Of a DNA stretch of 26,611 bases, positions 18,482 through 26,568 are shown piece after piece; position 1 is the first letter of the stretch, and every line of letters starts with the position of its first letter. The notes beneath the pieces are model-generated. The model had not been told where the DNA came from and made no database searches. It saw only the letters and a list, made by a program, of their open reading frames with translations. This DNA is from a virus (lineage: Duplodnaviria > Caudoviricetes): the IMG/VR virus record IMGVR_UViG_3300008116_000327, positions 1-26,611 of that record; one strand, 5' to 3'. Made by a program: the position numbers and the translations under genes.

Positions 18482-19363
18482 TTAAGTTTCCGTCGCAGCC
18501 GCTGCAGTATTAAATGCTGTTTTTGCGGTTGCAGTTCCTATACGATTAAATAGAGCATATCCAACACTGCTTGTATCTGTAAACTGAGAAGCCATACCTA
18601 CCACTGTTGTAGCAGAAGTTAGAGTATTGCTTGCCTCATTGAATGCATGCGTATCAGAATCAACCACAGCGTTCATAGTATTTGCATGATTATTTATAAG
18701 GAGTTGACAATCGTTAACAAGAGTGGTGATTGTCGCTGCATCAGTTATTGCATCTAATCGAGATATTTGATCTAGTTTATTATTTACTACATGCTGAAGG
18801 GAATTCGATATATTATTAAGTTTTGTTTCGGAAAACAGAGCCGAAGCGGTATTTGCAATAAAACTATCTGGGCTCTGCCCTGTTAATCCACTTAAATTGC
18901 TTCCTGCATCTTTAAGTTTATTAAAGTCGGGAATCGTGTCAGAGATAGAGGTCGCTTGACCTGAAAGTAATTGAGTGTGAGCCTGAAAATCAGTAAGAGC
19001 ATTCTGTATACCAGTAATTCCGTTAGTCAATGCACTTAATTGTCCACCAGAAAGTTTACCTGTAACCGCAGTAATTTTTGAAGATACATCTCCGATTTTA
19101 GAATTGATGGCACCTTCTACCAATGACATTGGATTTTGAGTAATTGCAGTGATCGCTCCTGCGGCTGATTGAACCTGGGAGATAACCCCTCCAAGCTGTT
19201 CACCGATCGCCCCAAGACCAGCCTGTTTAATTGCAACAGGAAGCCCACCAACTGTAACGGTCGGAATTTGCTGCAAGAAAGATCCACCCATATGAAGGCG
19301 ATCCATAACTGTCGACTTCAGTTCTGAGATAATATAGGCTTCTGCTTTCGTTACAAATCCCAT
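18482..19363 (-). CDS. Hypothetical 293-aa protein rich in Ala/Gly/Ser/Thr, probably helical, between gp5 and gp25
   Basis: ATG at 19363 is preceded by GGAGGA (19373-19368) and lies 1 nt after the gp5 stop, so it is preferred over the 19399 start. No family recognised. Confidence 0.75.
   Translation of the reverse strand: MGFVTKAEAYIISELKSTVMDRLHMGGSFLQQIPTVTVGGLPVAIKQAGLGAIGEQLGGVISQVQSAAGAITAITQNPMSLVEGAINSKIGDVSSKITAVTGKLSGGQLSALTNGITGIQNALTDFQAHTQLLSGQATSISDTIPDFNKLKDAGSNLSGLTGQSPDSFIANTASALFSETKLNNISNSLQHVVNNKLDQISRLDAITDAATITTLVNDCQLLINNHANTMNAVVDSDTHAFNEASNTLTSATTVVGMASQFTDTSSVGYALFNRIGTATAKTAFNTAAAATET
18691..18698 (-). promoter_or_regulatory. Candidate T4-type late promoter TATAAATA
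   Basis: Exact consensus about 210 nt upstream of the gp25 start, in the sense orientation. Chance occurrence not excluded. Confidence 0.35.
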
Positions 19364-19364
19364 T

Positions 19365-21044
19365 TTATCCTCCCGTATTTGCCGAAGTTGGGGCAACATT
19401 TACAGTTTCAGTTTTTGGATAAGTTCGTTTTCCAGTCACAGTAACAATCTCAGGCAATCCTTGATTCTTTGTTTTGTTTATCTCTTTTTGAATGTCATTA
19501 TCTACAATGAACTCGATACCCTTTGTTATAGCACCAGCTGCTACCTTATCGATTTTTCCGAGAATCTCAGATTTCGAAGATCCAGTTAGAGATAGAATAT
19601 CTCCTCGAGATTTATTAATCTCAGATTCTGTTGCCGCAACCTTTGCGGTGATTTCTCCAATCGGCAATGAAGAAGCAAGGTCTTTAATTGTAGAGTCGAG
19701 TGTGCTCTTTAGATCGCCAACAACACCAGAGATTGAGGAGGTCAAACCACCAACTGCCTTACCCAAAGAGCTGCCCGCTAGACCACCAAGAGCTCCACCA
19801 GCAGTTGCGCCACTGATTGCAGAAGTGATACCGCTTGCCGCATTTGCTGCTGCCCCAGCAACTGTTCCTGCAACTCCTGCCGCTGCAGCTGCAAAGTTCG
19901 TACCCAATGTTGAAACTGCATTATTTCCTGCTGCGGTCGCTGCAGTTTGAGCGGCACCAGCTGCAGACGCTTCACCAGCACCCGATTGAGTGCCACCACC
20001 AGTAATTCCTGCACCTGATGCTGAAGAAACAGAGCCACCCTGAAGATTAACTTTCGCTGCAGGAATATCAACAGTTGATCCAGCAAGACCAGCAGTTGCG
20101 CCCTTGAGATCCAAACGACCACCAGCAGTAAATTTGCCACCGCTGCCAGCCTTCAGATCGATTGAGCCAGTTGATTCAATGTTGACTGAACTACCCTTTA
20201 TCTTAATTGCACCATCAGCTGCCATATTAATTGCAGCAGCCTCAATATTCACTGTCGCAGTTTTAAGATTAAAATTGCCTTCGACTGTGATAACTGCCTT
20301 GCCTTTTACATAGATGAAATCATCACCCATGATGACTTCATAATTGTCTTTTTGCACTCTCTCAACTTTGTTACCATCTTTATCAACTTCAAAGTATGAT
20401 CCATTTCGATGTGCTAGATGAATACGCTCTTTTCCAGGAGTATCATCCAATTCGAATGCATGACCTGACTCAGTTTCTAGAGCATAATTATATGGATATT
20501 TCGGAGCAAATGCTGGCGCTGGTTCAGACCAAGTAACTCCACCAGCAGATTGAACACCCTTTTTAAGATTCTTTTTTCGTGTAGCAATGATCGTACTGTC
20601 TGCCTTTCCGCGAGCAAGACGATTCGTCGTTGCTTCTTTTAGATACTTTGACTTTGGATAGGCTTCTGCATTATCATCTGGTCGTTTTGGTGCATCGCCA
20701 AAACTCTTTCGCGGATCACTAAATCCTTCTTCGTATTTTGGTTTCTTTTCAGGTTTTCCTGGAAACACTCCCATGATCACTGGATTTTGAGCACTCTCGC
20801 CATCCATGAAGAAACCGAATACCATATCGCCTTCTTTTGGAGTATACAGTGCAGGATGATTTACAGGAACAGTTGGGTGAGCCCAAGGGAGGTCGCTAGT
20901 TGGAATCTTTTTCTTGTCTTCAGTATGCCAACCGAAGCAGCGAACTCGAACACGACCGAGTTGCTCTGGATCTTGGCGATCCTCTACGACACCAACCCAC
21001 CAAACAAAACCTTCTAAACCTATAAAATTCTTGCGCGCCTTCAT
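19365..21044 (-). CDS. gp5: Baseplate central spike gp5: OB-fold plus beta-helix, no lysozyme, Ala/Gly-rich C-terminal extension
   Basis: FVWWVGVVEDRQDPEQLGRVRVRCFGWH..LPWA..VFGFFMDG (Gp5 OB fold); YPYN..ETESGHAFELDDTPGKERIHLAHRNGSY; beta-helix repeats; no T4-lysozyme motifs. Confidence 0.92.
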   Translation of the reverse strand: MKARKNFIGLEGFVWWVGVVEDRQDPEQLGRVRVRCFGWHTEDKKKIPTSDLPWAHPTVPVNHPALYTPKEGDMVFGFFMDGESAQNPVIMGVFPGKPEKKPKYEEGFSDPRKSFGDAPKRPDDNAEAYPKSKYLKEATTNRLARGKADSTIIATRKKNLKKGVQSAGGVTWSEPAPAFAPKYPYNYALETESGHAFELDDTPGKERIHLAHRNGSYFEVDKDGNKVERVQKDNYEVIMGDDFIYVKGKAVITVEGNFNLKTATVNIEAAAINMAADGAIKIKGSSVNIESTGSIDLKAGSGGKFTAGGRLDLKGATAGLAGSTVDIPAAKVNLQGGSVSSASGAGITGGGTQSGAGEASAAGAAQTAATAAGNNAVSTLGTNFAAAAAGVAGTVAGAAANAASGITSAISGATAGGALGGLAGSSLGKAVGGLTSSISGVVGDLKSTLDSTIKDLASSLPIGEITAKVAATESEINKSRGDILSLTGSSKSEILGKIDKVAAGAITKGIEFIVDNDIQKEINKTKNQGLPEIVTVTGKRTYPKTETVNVAPTSANTGG

Positions 21045-22354
21045 GAGAATTTGCTCGTGACTTTTTCAAGCCCATCTTTTGCAGCAGGAATTTGTTTTGA
21101 GAATGAATCAGAAACTAATTCGACAATACTCTCGAAATCGCCCTTATCCATTCCAGAAAACTTATGGCAAATAGCCGACACAAGATAGTTTCCTGTGCGA
21201 TACTCATCTGGAGTTTTACCTTTTGCGTCTGCACCTTCGAACTTTGGAAACTCATACTTAACAACTTCGCCAGCCTTCAAGAAAATATCTCCAGGGATCA
21301 CAATTTTAATTCTGGTATTATGCATTGCTGTCATATGTAATGCGCGATTCATCATCCACTTATCTCTATCATTAGATTTTTCAGAGGATGTGTCATTAAT
21401 CGCAATGTTTGTCAGAAATAAAGAATCATGCGTAGCAGTGATTGGCTTCTTATCCATATTTTTAAGAGCATTAGTTGCCTTAAATTTATTCAATAGATTA
21501 TTCTGCGCCTCGGCAGTTTCAATTGAATAGTCATGATATGTAAATGATTGTGTGAAAATATCGACAGACATTAATCTAGAAGCATAACCACCATTCTGTA
21601 AACCCTTGAGTACATCAAACTCTCCACGAATCTCAAATGCATCGATAGAGTCTTTGTTATTTGCTGGGTCTTGATCAACTGTTTTGATTTCGTATTTTAA
21701 TGTCTTAATAGGCTTCTCTTTGATTAGAGTATTATAGGATCTGAACTGATATCCGTCTCGATCCTCATAAAAGAAATAGCAATATTTTGGTGGTTTACTG
21801 GCATCATATGAACGAGATGCAGCCCACTGAATAACCTCGAGAGGATTCATTCCTGGAACCACCAAATCATAAACACCGCTTGTTGTATCCATTTTCTTAA
21901 TTTTAGATGGATCAACCTTTAATTCGTTCAATAGAATATCGCGAACGATATCGACGGTTTTCTTACCCTTATATGCTTTGCTCACCTTCTTTTGATTTGA
22001 GAATACTAATTCTTCTGAGCAAAAATAAAGTACGAATGTTTGCCCTGAGTCAGAAGCAGGTTTTCTGCTGCCAGTTTTATAGATTCTAAAGATCTTTTCG
22101 ATTGGTTTACCTAGAGACGGTTTATCAATAGACAATTTTAGATACTCATTACCGCAAAAGTAAAAGTTACTGAAGATGTCATGACCATCTTGCACGATGA
22201 TACTTCCACTCATAACAGATGAATAGATGTCTTGGAATAGTTGCAGTTCAATGTAGATTTTTCGAAGGTCGACAGTTTGACCTCCAGAATTGATGATCTC
22301 TAGAACCTTAACATCAAAATTTTTCGAACCTGTTACGCCAATATCTTCAGCCAT
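21041..22354 (-). CDS. Conserved tail protein, probable baseplate hub (gp27-like role)
   Basis: 437 aa; FQDIYSSVMSGSIIVQD, GNEYLKLSI, YFFYEDRDGYQFRS, IVIPGD..AGEVV, GNYLVSAICHKF. Sits between gp53 and gp5 with TGATG and ATGA overlaps. The hub role is inferred from position and motifs. Confidence 0.7.
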   Translation of the reverse strand: MAEDIGVTGSKNFDVKVLEIINSGGQTVDLRKIYIELQLFQDIYSSVMSGSIIVQDGHDIFSNFYFCGNEYLKLSIDKPSLGKPIEKIFRIYKTGSRKPASDSGQTFVLYFCSEELVFSNQKKVSKAYKGKKTVDIVRDILLNELKVDPSKIKKMDTTSGVYDLVVPGMNPLEVIQWAASRSYDASKPPKYCYFFYEDRDGYQFRSYNTLIKEKPIKTLKYEIKTVDQDPANNKDSIDAFEIRGEFDVLKGLQNGGYASRLMSVDIFTQSFTYHDYSIETAEAQNNLLNKFKATNALKNMDKKPITATHDSLFLTNIAINDTSSEKSNDRDKWMMNRALHMTAMHNTRIKIVIPGDIFLKAGEVVKYEFPKFEGADAKGKTPDEYRTGNYLVSAICHKFSGMDKGDFESIVELVSDSFSKQIPAAKDGLEKVTSKFS

Positions 22355-22860
22355 CACTGACTCATTAAAGTATCAGCAGTTCCAGGGACTGTGCGATCAA
22401 CTAGAGTCTCAGTCACAAAATTATATTCTTTATCTGAAATGATAGAGGAGACTGATGATTCGTAAAATTTTACACCATTAAAAGTGATTGTGGTTGTGAT
22501 TTCCTGTTCATAATGATGAATGGTAGTTTGTGCTTGAGTGATTGTTTGATCATATTTGTTCTTTACATATTCATCAAGCACCACAGACTTCATAGGAAAT
22601 TCATATAAAGGATTAACATATTTGTTGAATAATAGGACAAGCCAAGAGCGAAATGCGCTTCCGTAAATCTTGTGTGCAATAATTTCTGGTGTATCAGAAT
22701 CTTGTACTTCGTATTCGAAATAGATTGCCGAGTTGTCTACAATTTCCTTTAAGAACGCAGAGCGAGCAAAGATATTTGTGACAGCTTGATTGTTGATGGT
22801 ATTCTTATCAAAAGTATACACCAACTTTGGGAAATAATTAAAATATCCAAGACTAGCCAT
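22354..22860 (-). CDS. gp53: Baseplate wedge protein gp53 (LysM-like), apparently shortened at the C-terminus
   Basis: YFNYFPKLVY, YEVQDSDTPEIIAHKIYGS..WLVLLFN..NPLYEFP, IHHYE. Confidence 0.85.
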   Translation of the reverse strand: MASLGYFNYFPKLVYTFDKNTINNQAVTNIFARSAFLKEIVDNSAIYFEYEVQDSDTPEIIAHKIYGSAFRSWLVLLFNKYVNPLYEFPMKSVVLDEYVKNKYDQTITQAQTTIHHYEQEITTTITFNGVKFYESSVSSIISDKEYNFVTETLVDRTVPGTADTLMSQ

Positions 22861-24059
22861 TAATAACCTTCCTCGATACGACCCTTGTGCATGAGTTCGA
22901 GCTCTTTAAATCGCAACTGCATTGAAATGTCAACTGGCATACCATCACTGAATGTTGTCCATTGACCCGCAGCTGCATAGTTAACATCAATGCCGACCAA
23001 AACGCATGAGGATATCTTATGAATATTTGTATTTTCTTTTCCGTTATAAAAGAACTTAATATCAAACTCAGCTGGTGGAATAAAGAAACGACCAGATGAT
23101 CCCTTCAAGAGCTCTGGTGCAGAATGAAACTTAAATTCTTTAATGATTTTGCGAATTGCTGCAGCTTCGGCTTCACTTCTGGCAGACATCTTAAAATCAA
23201 ACATAAACTCTCTGTGACCTGTCTTTTGATAGAGAATTTCTACTTGCGGGTTTTGTGCAAGTCCAGCAGAGAAGAGCAATGCTTCTTTAATTCCTCCACC
23301 AAACGATCCAGATTTTTCAGCGAGGGTTCCTGCTAATTCCATCATTGAGCCTGCACCAGCACCCTTCAGATCTGCTTTTGCACCACTTCCAAAAGTAGAA
23401 CTAATATAACCTTCAATTGAAGATCCAATTGCTGATGCGCCTTGACCAATAGCACCAACCATTCCAAGTGCCTCTGTCATCGAAATTTCACCATACTCAT
23501 GAACGATCTGTTGATTGATCGTATCTGGCATATACATTGAAATCGTAGATTTCAATCGTTTTGTTTTACGAGATAAATCAATGGAGCTGACAATCGTTGA
23601 GCCGATTGCACCACCGAGTGCTCCACCTATCGCTGCGCCAGCAATACCTGCTGCTGGACCACCCAGTTCTCCTGCGATCGATCCAACAGCTCCACCGATC
23701 GCTGCACCAAATGCAAATCCTGCAGTTCCTTCAGCAAATAACTGTCCTGTGGTACTATCACTGATAATCTGATTTCCTGAGGCAATCTGACCGACACCAG
23801 CAGCTGCATCATTTGCGCGATTTTGATTTGCGGTCGGACCGATATTAGTTCTTTCTTGGATATTGTAATTAGATTTTTCTTGCACATTGACATAGAAGGT
23901 TACATAATGCAACCCTTCGAAGTTATTAGTGCCAAGATTAATTGGGTATCGATGATCAGTGCTTGCAAACGCATTCTTAGCCAAAATTGCTAGTGGACCC
24001 TTTGCTTCGTTTGGATCTAAATTTCTTGAAACACTATTCAGCGTAAGTGGTGTTGACAT
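22860..24059 (-). CDS. gp48: Baseplate tail-tube cap gp48
   Basis: HRYP, ISMYMPD, NPQVEILY..REFMFDFKM.ARSEAEA..I.KIIKEFKFHS.P, PAEFDI, CVLVGIDVNY, DGMPV...L.FKELE. Confidence 0.88.
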   Translation of the reverse strand: MSTPLTLNSVSRNLDPNEAKGPLAILAKNAFASTDHRYPINLGTNNFEGLHYVTFYVNVQEKSNYNIQERTNIGPTANQNRANDAAAGVGQIASGNQIISDSTTGQLFAEGTAGFAFGAAIGGAVGSIAGELGGPAAGIAGAAIGGALGGAIGSTIVSSIDLSRKTKRLKSTISMYMPDTINQQIVHEYGEISMTEALGMVGAIGQGASAIGSSIEGYISSTFGSGAKADLKGAGAGSMMELAGTLAEKSGSFGGGIKEALLFSAGLAQNPQVEILYQKTGHREFMFDFKMSARSEAEAAAIRKIIKEFKFHSAPELLKGSSGRFFIPPAEFDIKFFYNGKENTNIHKISSCVLVGIDVNYAAAGQWTTFSDGMPVDISMQLRFKELELMHKGRIEEGY

Positions 24060-24454
24060 TAAGTTCTTCCGAGGGGTCTAACATCTGGTATAGATCGCTG
24101 TGGGAACGCCGAGTCATGGTGCACTTAGATGCCAACCCAAGTGTAATTGAGTGGTCTAACGAAGAGATTATAATACCTTATTTATCCCCAGTTGATAATC
24201 GTTGGCATCGCTATTTCCCCGACTTTTTTGTTCGCGTTCGAAATAAACTGGGTATGTTAGAGGGAATGATATTAGAGGTTAAGCCGAAAAGTCAGGCGAA
24301 GCCTCCAGAAAAAAAGAGTAAAATTACTCGAAGATATATTAATGAGGTGATGACTTGGGGTGTGAATGAGGCAAAATGGAAGGCTGCATCTGAATACTGT
24401 AAGACTCGTCAATGGAAGTTTCAAATCATAACTGAGGATGATCTCGGAATCTAA
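24047..24454 (+). CDS. gp4: Head completion nuclease gp4 (TnsA-like PD-(D/E)xK); 5' end appears missing, start uncertain
   Basis: NIWYRSLWERR, WSNEEIIIPYLSPVDNRWHRYFPDF, ILEVKP, VNEAKWKAA, FQIITEDDL. Confidence 0.8.
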   Translation: MVLTLSSSEGSNIWYRSLWERRVMVHLDANPSVIEWSNEEIIIPYLSPVDNRWHRYFPDFFVRVRNKLGMLEGMILEVKPKSQAKPPEKKSKITRRYINEVMTWGVNEAKWKAASEYCKTRQWKFQIITEDDLGI

Positions 24455-25002
24455 TGCCATCACTATTTGACAAATTAAGTCGAGAAATGACTGCGGCTGG
24501 CATTGCGCCAAGAAGCGCAGAGGCAAGATCATGGCTCGGTGGTAAACTCGCTAAACTTCGTATGCCTGCCGATCGCTCGAACATTTTAAACGATGCAAAG
24601 CGCATCTCACCTAAAGCATTTGTCGGTCGTATGTACACCTATCAATATGACCCTAAATTTAAAGACACTCTGCCTGTCTGGGACAAATTCCCGCTCGTTA
24701 TTCCAATTGAGATGTATGCAGACGGCTTCTTAGGATTAAACCTACATTATCTCGACCCATATTCTCGTCTCATTCTTCTTGATCGATTAAGCGATTTTAT
24801 CAACAATGATAAATATGACGACACAACCAAGTTTCGTTTATCTTATGATTTATTGAATAAGTCGAGACGGTATAAACTTATACAGGATTGTCTGAAGAGA
24901 TATCTACTTACTCATATCGTTTCTTCGGTGATATACATCGAACCAAGTAATTGGGAAACGGCAATTTTTCTACCGACACAAAAGATGGTATATAGAAAGT
25001 AA
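24454..25002 (+). CDS. gp2: DNA end protector protein gp2
   Basis: GRMYTYQYDPKFKDTLPVWDKFPLV, GFLGLNLHYL, CLKRYL..H, WETAIFLPT; TAATG overlap with gp4. Confidence 0.92.
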   Translation: MPSLFDKLSREMTAAGIAPRSAEARSWLGGKLAKLRMPADRSNILNDAKRISPKAFVGRMYTYQYDPKFKDTLPVWDKFPLVIPIEMYADGFLGLNLHYLDPYSRLILLDRLSDFINNDKYDDTTKFRLSYDLLNKSRRYKLIQDCLKRYLLTHIVSSVIYIEPSNWETAIFLPTQKMVYRK

Positions 25003-25829
25003 TGGCATTTAATGTAAATCGATTTATCGCACACTTCGACGCTCAAGACGGATTTGCAAAGTCCTCAAAGTTCGATGTGCTCTTAAATGTTCCTTCTTTC
25101 TTAATGAATATGGGAACTTCAGAGCAACTCTCGCTTCAGTGCGAAGCCGCAGAACTTCCTGGATACACTCTGAATACGATTGAAAATAAGATTTTTGGTG
25201 CGCCGACTCCATTGGCTGGCACTCCCTCATTCGGTGATGTTACTCTCACATTTATTTGCGCTGGCAATTTATGGGAAAAGAAATTCTTCGATGCATGGCT
25301 TAACAATATCATTCCAAAACAAACTTATCTTGTGAACTACAAGATGAACTATGTTACAGATATTGTGATTCGTCAATATAGTGAATTTATGCCACTCGAT
25401 AAATTTGAACTTATGCGAGAAGAGGCATTGCGACAAGATAAAACTCAGCTGGGCGAAACACGACCAACTCTTGCAACAGTCGCAACTATGACACCATTAG
25501 ATCCAGAACGATTTAATAAACCACATGTGAGTTATGCTTGTACACTCATCAATGCATTTCCTGTGACAGTAAACGCAATGAATCTAAACTGGGGCACAGA
25601 CGAGATTCATCGTTTGACAGTTGCATTTAAATTTGATCGCTGGTTAACACTCGAAACAGATGCAAGAATTCCAGATGTGTCACCTGTGCAATCAGCGCCA
25701 AATGCTGGTGATAATGAAACTGGATCTATTGGTTCGGTTGTGAATACACCAGCTGGTGCTATTCGCACTCAACCAACAAGACCTACGGAGTTTATGGCGC
25801 GCACTGGTGGCTATCGAGGATCAGCTTAA
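25002..25829 (+). CDS. gp54: Baseplate tail-tube initiator gp54 (gp19-family fold)
   Basis: GFAKSSKFDV, LSLQCEAAELPG, VTLTF..EKKFFDAW, Y.TDIVIRQY, LINAFP..LNW..RLTVAF; between gp2 and gp26. Confidence 0.75.
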   Translation: MAFNVNRFIAHFDAQDGFAKSSKFDVLLNVPSFLMNMGTSEQLSLQCEAAELPGYTLNTIENKIFGAPTPLAGTPSFGDVTLTFICAGNLWEKKFFDAWLNNIIPKQTYLVNYKMNYVTDIVIRQYSEFMPLDKFELMREEALRQDKTQLGETRPTLATVATMTPLDPERFNKPHVSYACTLINAFPVTVNAMNLNWGTDEIHRLTVAFKFDRWLTLETDARIPDVSPVQSAPNAGDNETGSIGSVVNTPAGAIRTQPTRPTEFMARTGGYRGSA

Positions 25830-25842
25830 CATGGAGTAAATT

Positions 25843-26568
25843 ATGGCATTACCGAAAATTAGTTATCCTACATTTGATGTGCATTTGACATCGTTGAATA
25901 AAAAGGTAAAGTTTCGACCGTTTCTAGTGAAAGAAGAAAAGTTATTGTTAATGGCAAAGGAAGCAGAAGATCTGTCTTCATTGCTTGATACAGTGAAGCA
26001 AATTATCAATAACTGCTGCCTCGATGAGAAGGTAGATATTGAGAATTTACCGCTGTTCGATTTGGAGATGATCTTTATTCATCTTCGACTTCGTTCAGTA
26101 GGAGAAACATTAGAACTTACATACAAATGCGAGAATGTTGTTGAAGAAGAGCGATGTGGCAACAGTATGGCATTTGAGGTAGATTTAAACAAAGTAGAAG
26201 TTATAGTACCAATAGATCATACAAATAAAATTATGATCTCTGAAGAGATTGGAATGATGCTCAAATATCCTTCAATCAGTATTTCATCTTCGATTGCATC
26301 TAGAGTTGACACTTTAGAAAACATTTTAGATCTAATTTATGAACATTTAGATTATGTGTTTGATGACAGTTCAAAGTATGAAGCTGGGTCTGTAACAAAA
26401 GAAGAGTTTTATGACTTTTTGGGTTCTTTAAGTCTTGATCAACTTGAAGGATTTAAAGCATTCTTTTCAACTCTACCTTATGTGCAGACATCAAAAGAAG
26501 TTACATGCAGCAAGTGCTCCTTTAACCATACAATCGTTGTAAAAGGAATCGACGATTTTTTCGGTTAA
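25843..26568 (+). CDS. gp26: Baseplate hub assembly chaperone gp26
   Basis: MALPKI..PTF..KVKFRPFLVKEEKLLLMA, LPLFDLEMIFIHLRLRSVGE, MLKYP, FFSTLP, CSKC..GIDDFF; GGAG Shine-Dalgarno at 25833. Confidence 0.92.
   Translation: MALPKISYPTFDVHLTSLNKKVKFRPFLVKEEKLLLMAKEAEDLSSLLDTVKQIINNCCLDEKVDIENLPLFDLEMIFIHLRLRSVGETLELTYKCENVVEEERCGNSMAFEVDLNKVEVIVPIDHTNKIMISEEIGMMLKYPSISISSSIASRVDTLENILDLIYEHLDYVFDDSSKYEAGSVTKEEFYDFLGSLSLDQLEGFKAFFSTLPYVQTSKEVTCSKCSFNHTIVVKGIDDFFG
26556..26562 (+). promoter_or_regulatory. Candidate -1 ribosomal frameshift heptamer T_TTT_TTC
   Basis: GAT TTT TTC GGT TAA at the end of gp26. The -1 frame reads TTT CGG TTA ATG, in frame with gp51. Confidence 0.55.

Noticed and set aside
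19492-20313. Plus-strand ORFs of 152 and 69 aa opposite gp5
   Set aside because: Antisense shadows of Ala/Gly-rich coding sequence with no recognisable motifs.
19365-21044. Absence of a lysozyme domain in gp5 as a novelty in itself
   Set aside because: Common among non-enteric T4-like phages.
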